DNA from: an uncultured Pelagibacteraceae bacterium
Lineage (GTDB): Bacteria > Pseudomonadota > Alphaproteobacteria > Pelagibacterales > Pelagibacteraceae
Assembly: GCA_905616445.1 (NCBI GenBank)
Contig: CAJQSV010000008.1
Span: 2,533 to 66,532 of the forward strand
Direction of reading: 5' to 3'
Length of the DNA: 64,000 bases
This document shows positions 60,429 to 64,000 of this stretch, piece by piece. The notes beneath the pieces are model-generated. The model made no database searches. It was not told the DNA's origin and saw only the letters and a list, made by a program, of their open reading frames with translations. Every line of letters starts with the position of its first letter. The stretch's first letter is position 1. Position numbers and translations under genes: made by a program.

Positions 60429-63157
60429 TGTCTAAAGAAAACTTACATCTTCCTCAAACAGCTTTTTCTATGAAAGCTGATTTAGCTAAGAAAGAACCTG
60501 AGATTTTAAAAAGATGGGAACAAAATAAAATTTTTGAAAAGATTAGAAAAAACTCTAAGGGAAAAGAAAAATTTGTTCTTCACGATGGTCCTCCTTATGC
60601 AAATGGACATATTCATATGGGTACTGCTTTAAATAAAATATTAAAAGATATCATTGTAAGATCCCATCAAATGAATGGTAAGGATTCTGTATACGTACCG
60701 GGCTGGGATTGTCATGGACTACCTATTGAATGGAAAATTGAAGAACAGTACAAAAAAAACAAGAAAAATAAAGACGAGGTACCAATCAAAGATTTTAGGA
60801 AAGAGTGCAGGGAGTTTGCTAAACGATGGATAGATATTCATATAAAAGAATTCAAACGACTTGGTGTAACCGGAGATTTTGAAAATTATTATTCTACAAT
60901 GAGTTTTGTTGCTGAGGCACAAATAGTAAGAGAGCTAGGCAAGTTCTTACTAGACGGAAGTTTGTATCAAGGATTTAAGCCTGTATTTTGGTCAACTGTT
61001 GAAAAAACAGCTTTAGCTGATGCTGAGGTTGAGTATCAAGACCATACTTCTAATACAATATTTGTTTCCTTTAAAGTTAAAGAAAGTCCAAAAGATTTTT
61101 TAAGAGATACCAATATTATTATTTGGACCACAACACCATGGACAATTCCTGCTAATAGAGCTTTAGCTTTTAACAGCAGCATAGAATATGCTTTAGTTGA
61201 AATAAGTGATCTTGAAAATTTTAAAGGAAAAAAAATAGTAGTAGCCACAAATCTTTTAGATTCAATTGTTAAATCTTGTGATATTAAAAAATTTAAGATC
61301 TTAAAAACTTTTAGTGGACTAGATTTTGTTAGCACTATATGTGAGCACCCCTTTAAGAACTTAGGTTATGATTATGATGTCCCAATGTTGGAAGCAAGAT
61401 TTGTAACTTTAGAACAAGGTACAGGTATTGTACATTGTGCGCCAAGTCACGGTCCTGATGATTTTAATTTGTGTCTCAAACACAACATCCCATCAAAATA
61501 TACAATTGATAATTCAGGCTATTATACTGACGAAATTCCGTATTTTACGAAAACGCATGTTTTTAAAGCTGATCCAATCGTTATTGAAAAACTAAAAGAG
61601 GTTAAAAAACTATTAAAAAACGACAAGCTAAAACATAGCTACCCTCACTCATGGAGGTCAAAAGCTCCTTTAATTTACAGAGCAACTCCTCAATGGTTTA
61701 TTTCAATGGAAAAAAATTCTTTAAGAAATAAAGCAATTAAAGCTATAGGTGAAACTACTTTTTATCCTCCCAAAGGAAGAGAAAGACTATTGTCCATGAT
61801 AGAAGGAAGACCAGATTGGTGTGTTTCTAGACAAAGATCGTGGGGAGTCCCTCTGCCAATATTTATTAACAAGAAAACTAAAGAGCCGCTTCGTGACCAA
61901 AAAGTTATAGACCAAATAGCTGAAATTTATGAAAAAGAAGGATCAGACTGTTGGTTTACAGATGATCCAAAAAGATTTCTGGGTGAAAATTACAAACCAG
62001 ATGATTATGAAAAATTAACTGATATTGTTGAGGTGTGGTTTGATAGCGGATCAACGCACAGTTTTGTTTTAGAAAAGAGAAAAGACCTCAAGTGGCCAGC
62101 TGACATGTATCTTGAAGGTTCAGATCAGCATCGAGGCTGGTTTCATTCATCTTTGTTAGAATCTTGTGGGACAAGAGGAAGAGCACCTTTTAAGAGCGTA
62201 TTATCTCATGGTTTTGTTGTGGATGGAAAGGGAATGAAGATGTCAAAATCAGCAGGAAACGTTATTTCTCCTGATGATATTTTAAAAAATTATGGCGCAG
62301 ATATATTGAGAGCTTGGGTTGCTTCATCTAATTACGCTGAGGATTTAAGAATTGATAATATAATTTTAGCACAACACGCAGAGTCTTATAGAAAAATAAG
62401 AAATACATTCAGATTTATATTAGGAAATCTTAGAGATAAATTTGAAAAACAAGATTTTGAAAAAATAAACCTAGATTCTCTTCCAGAACTAGAAAGATAT
62501 ATTTTAGGAAGACTTTCTGATTTAGACCATTCTATTAAAGAAAATTTAAAAACCTATAATTTTCATAAACTTTATAAAGAACTACTAAATTTTTGCACAC
62601 TAGATCTCTCTTCATTTTATTTTGATATAAGAAAAGATATTTTATATTGTGATGACTTAAATTCAAAAAAGCGCTTAGATTGTATTATTGTACTAAATAT
62701 AATTTTAGAATGTCTCCTCAAGTGGCTGGCTCCAATTTTTGTTTTTACGACTGAAGAAATTTTTAATTTATTAAACAAAAACGAAAATAGTGTACATGAA
62801 ACATTCTACCCTGAAGTTCCACAAAACTGGAAAAACAATGAATTAGATAAAAAATGGCAAGATCTTTATCAAATCAAACAAGAAGTAAACATTGCAATTG
62901 AAGAAAAGAGATCAATTAAAGAAATAGGCTCAAGCTTAGAAGCAGAAGTTTTAATTTATGTAAATGAAAAAAAATTCCAACTTTTAGAAGGACTAGATCT
63001 AGAAGAATATTTTATTGCTTCAAAGGTTAAGAAAACTCAAATTCATACAGAGGATAAAGTAAAAATTGAAGTAAAAAAATCCACAGGTAGCAAATGCACC
63101 CTTTGCTGGAAAATTTTAGATAAAAAATGCAAGAGAAAACACTGTGGTGTTAATTAA
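60428..63157 (+). CDS. ileS: Isoleucyl-tRNA synthetase (type 1)
   Basis: PPYANGHIHMGT, WTTTPWT, GSDQHRGWF, KMSKS. Confidence 0.97.
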   Translation: MSKENLHLPQTAFSMKADLAKKEPEILKRWEQNKIFEKIRKNSKGKEKFVLHDGPPYANGHIHMGTALNKILKDIIVRSHQMNGKDSVYVPGWDCHGLPIEWKIEEQYKKNKKNKDEVPIKDFRKECREFAKRWIDIHIKEFKRLGVTGDFENYYSTMSFVAEAQIVRELGKFLLDGSLYQGFKPVFWSTVEKTALADAEVEYQDHTSNTIFVSFKVKESPKDFLRDTNIIIWTTTPWTIPANRALAFNSSIEYALVEISDLENFKGKKIVVATNLLDSIVKSCDIKKFKILKTFSGLDFVSTICEHPFKNLGYDYDVPMLEARFVTLEQGTGIVHCAPSHGPDDFNLCLKHNIPSKYTIDNSGYYTDEIPYFTKTHVFKADPIVIEKLKEVKKLLKNDKLKHSYPHSWRSKAPLIYRATPQWFISMEKNSLRNKAIKAIGETTFYPPKGRERLLSMIEGRPDWCVSRQRSWGVPLPIFINKKTKEPLRDQKVIDQIAEIYEKEGSDCWFTDDPKRFLGENYKPDDYEKLTDIVEVWFDSGSTHSFVLEKRKDLKWPADMYLEGSDQHRGWFHSSLLESCGTRGRAPFKSVLSHGFVVDGKGMKMSKSAGNVISPDDILKNYGADILRAWVASSNYAEDLRIDNIILAQHAESYRKIRNTFRFILGNLRDKFEKQDFEKINLDSLPELERYILGRLSDLDHSIKENLKTYNFHKLYKELLNFCTLDLSSFYFDIRKDILYCDDLNSKKRLDCIIVLNIILECLLKWLAPIFVFTTEEIFNLLNKNENSVHETFYPEVPQNWKNNELDKKWQDLYQIKQEVNIAIEEKRSIKEIGSSLEAEVLIYVNEKKFQLLEGLDLEEYFIASKVKKTQIHTEDKVKIEVKKSTGSKCTLCWKILDKKCKRKHCGVN

Positions 63158-63160
63158 AAT

Positions 63161-63658
63161 ATGAATATCTCTAAAAATACAAAAAAAAGATTTTTTTCAA
63201 AGGAAACAATAATACCACTTCTAGTAATTTGCTTTTCTTTTGCTCTGGATAGAGTTTCTAAAATAGCCATTATTAAACATCAATTAAGCAATCAGCGTGT
63301 ATTTCTTAGCGAGTATTTAAATTTAGAGCTTCATTGGAACACAGGTATTGGTTTTGGTTTGTTTAGTCAAAACGCAAACATATATTATCACTTAACTTCC
63401 TTACTAATTTTTTCTGTAATAGTTTTTTTAATTTATTTAATAATAAAATGTATTTTTCTAGAAAAAATTTTATTTTCTTTAATTTTAGGAGGTGCAATAG
63501 GCAATCTATACGATAGATTAATTTATTTTGCTGTACCAGATTTTATAGACTTTCATATAAACGATTTTCACTGGTTTACTTTTAATATTGCGGATATATT
63601 TATTACATTGGGAATAATTTTAATTATTATCAAGGACTTAATTTTAAAAAAAAAATGA
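63161..63658 (+). CDS. lspA: Lipoprotein signal peptidase II
   Basis: NTG.GFG, GGAIGNLYDR, V.DFID, FNIAD. Confidence 0.95.
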   Translation: MNISKNTKKRFFSKETIIPLLVICFSFALDRVSKIAIIKHQLSNQRVFLSEYLNLELHWNTGIGFGLFSQNANIYYHLTSLLIFSVIVFLIYLIIKCIFLEKILFSLILGGAIGNLYDRLIYFAVPDFIDFHINDFHWFTFNIADIFITLGIILIIIKDLILKKK

Positions 63659-63975
63659 AATTTATAAAACTATTAATTTTACTCTCTGGCTTGTCTATAA
63701 TCTTAAATAGCTGCTCTAGTTTAAGTGATGCTGGTAAAGTCCTTAGAAATGAAAAGCTAAGAACTACTGATGAATTTTTAATAGAAAAAAAAGACCCATT
63801 GACACAACCGCCAGATTTTAAGAATATACCAGAACCAGGATCGATTGGCAGTAAAACAGAACCGGAACAAAATAGTATTAAAAAAATTTTAAGAACATCC
63901 AAGTCTCAATCTACCAGCAATCAAAATAAATCATCATCAACAGAAGAATTTATTCTTAATCAAATTAAAAAGTGA
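63655..63975 (+). CDS. DUF3035-like lipoprotein
   Basis: Lipobox LNSC, DEFLI.KK.PL.QPPDF; usual position after lspA. Confidence 0.8.
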   Translation: MKFIKLLILLSGLSIILNSCSSLSDAGKVLRNEKLRTTDEFLIEKKDPLTQPPDFKNIPEPGSIGSKTEPEQNSIKKILRTSKSQSTSNQNKSSSTEEFILNQIKK

Positions 63976-64000
63976 GCAAAAATATATATTTTAAAAGCAG

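Noticed and set aside
63972-64000. Possible start of the next gene (GTG overlapping the upstream stop)
   Set aside because: Only nine codons are visible; it cannot be identified.

Overview
Very AT-rich, gene-dense alphaproteobacterial chromosome segment. Gene content and order (trxA/folC-accD-trpABF-pyrF-ihfB-rpsA-cmk-aroA, gcrA, ffs-dnaX-ybaB-recR, glcB with a glycine-riboswitch-like leader, tRNA-His lacking G-1 fused to hisS-hisZ-hisG, groES-groEL, ribF-ileS-lspA), tiny intergenic spaces and overlapping stops point to a streamlined SAR11/Pelagibacterales genome (inference). Accessory blocks: 1-3.1 kb (end of a surface/envelope-type island), 3.1-13.5 kb (katG-oxyR, proXW without ATPase, PQQ sugar dehydrogenase and others), 29.7-39.3 kb (eptA, DAG-kinase-like gene, ugpBAECQ, a PiT-like transporter, small ORFs) and a decayed patch at 55.96-56.5 kb. 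Best leads: (1) a candidate His-rich leader peptide with an overlapping hairpin in front of tRNA-His-hisS-hisZ-hisG; (2) TrpA/TrpB with paired substitutions at catalytic and allosteric residues; (3) tandem NrdR-box-like palindromes at the gcrA start; (4) an eptA/DAG-kinase/ugp phospholipid-recycling module; (5) a collapsed, degenerate glycine riboswitch on glcB. I saw no CRISPR array, rRNA, integrase or transposase. All calls come from motif recognition by eye; no searches were run.
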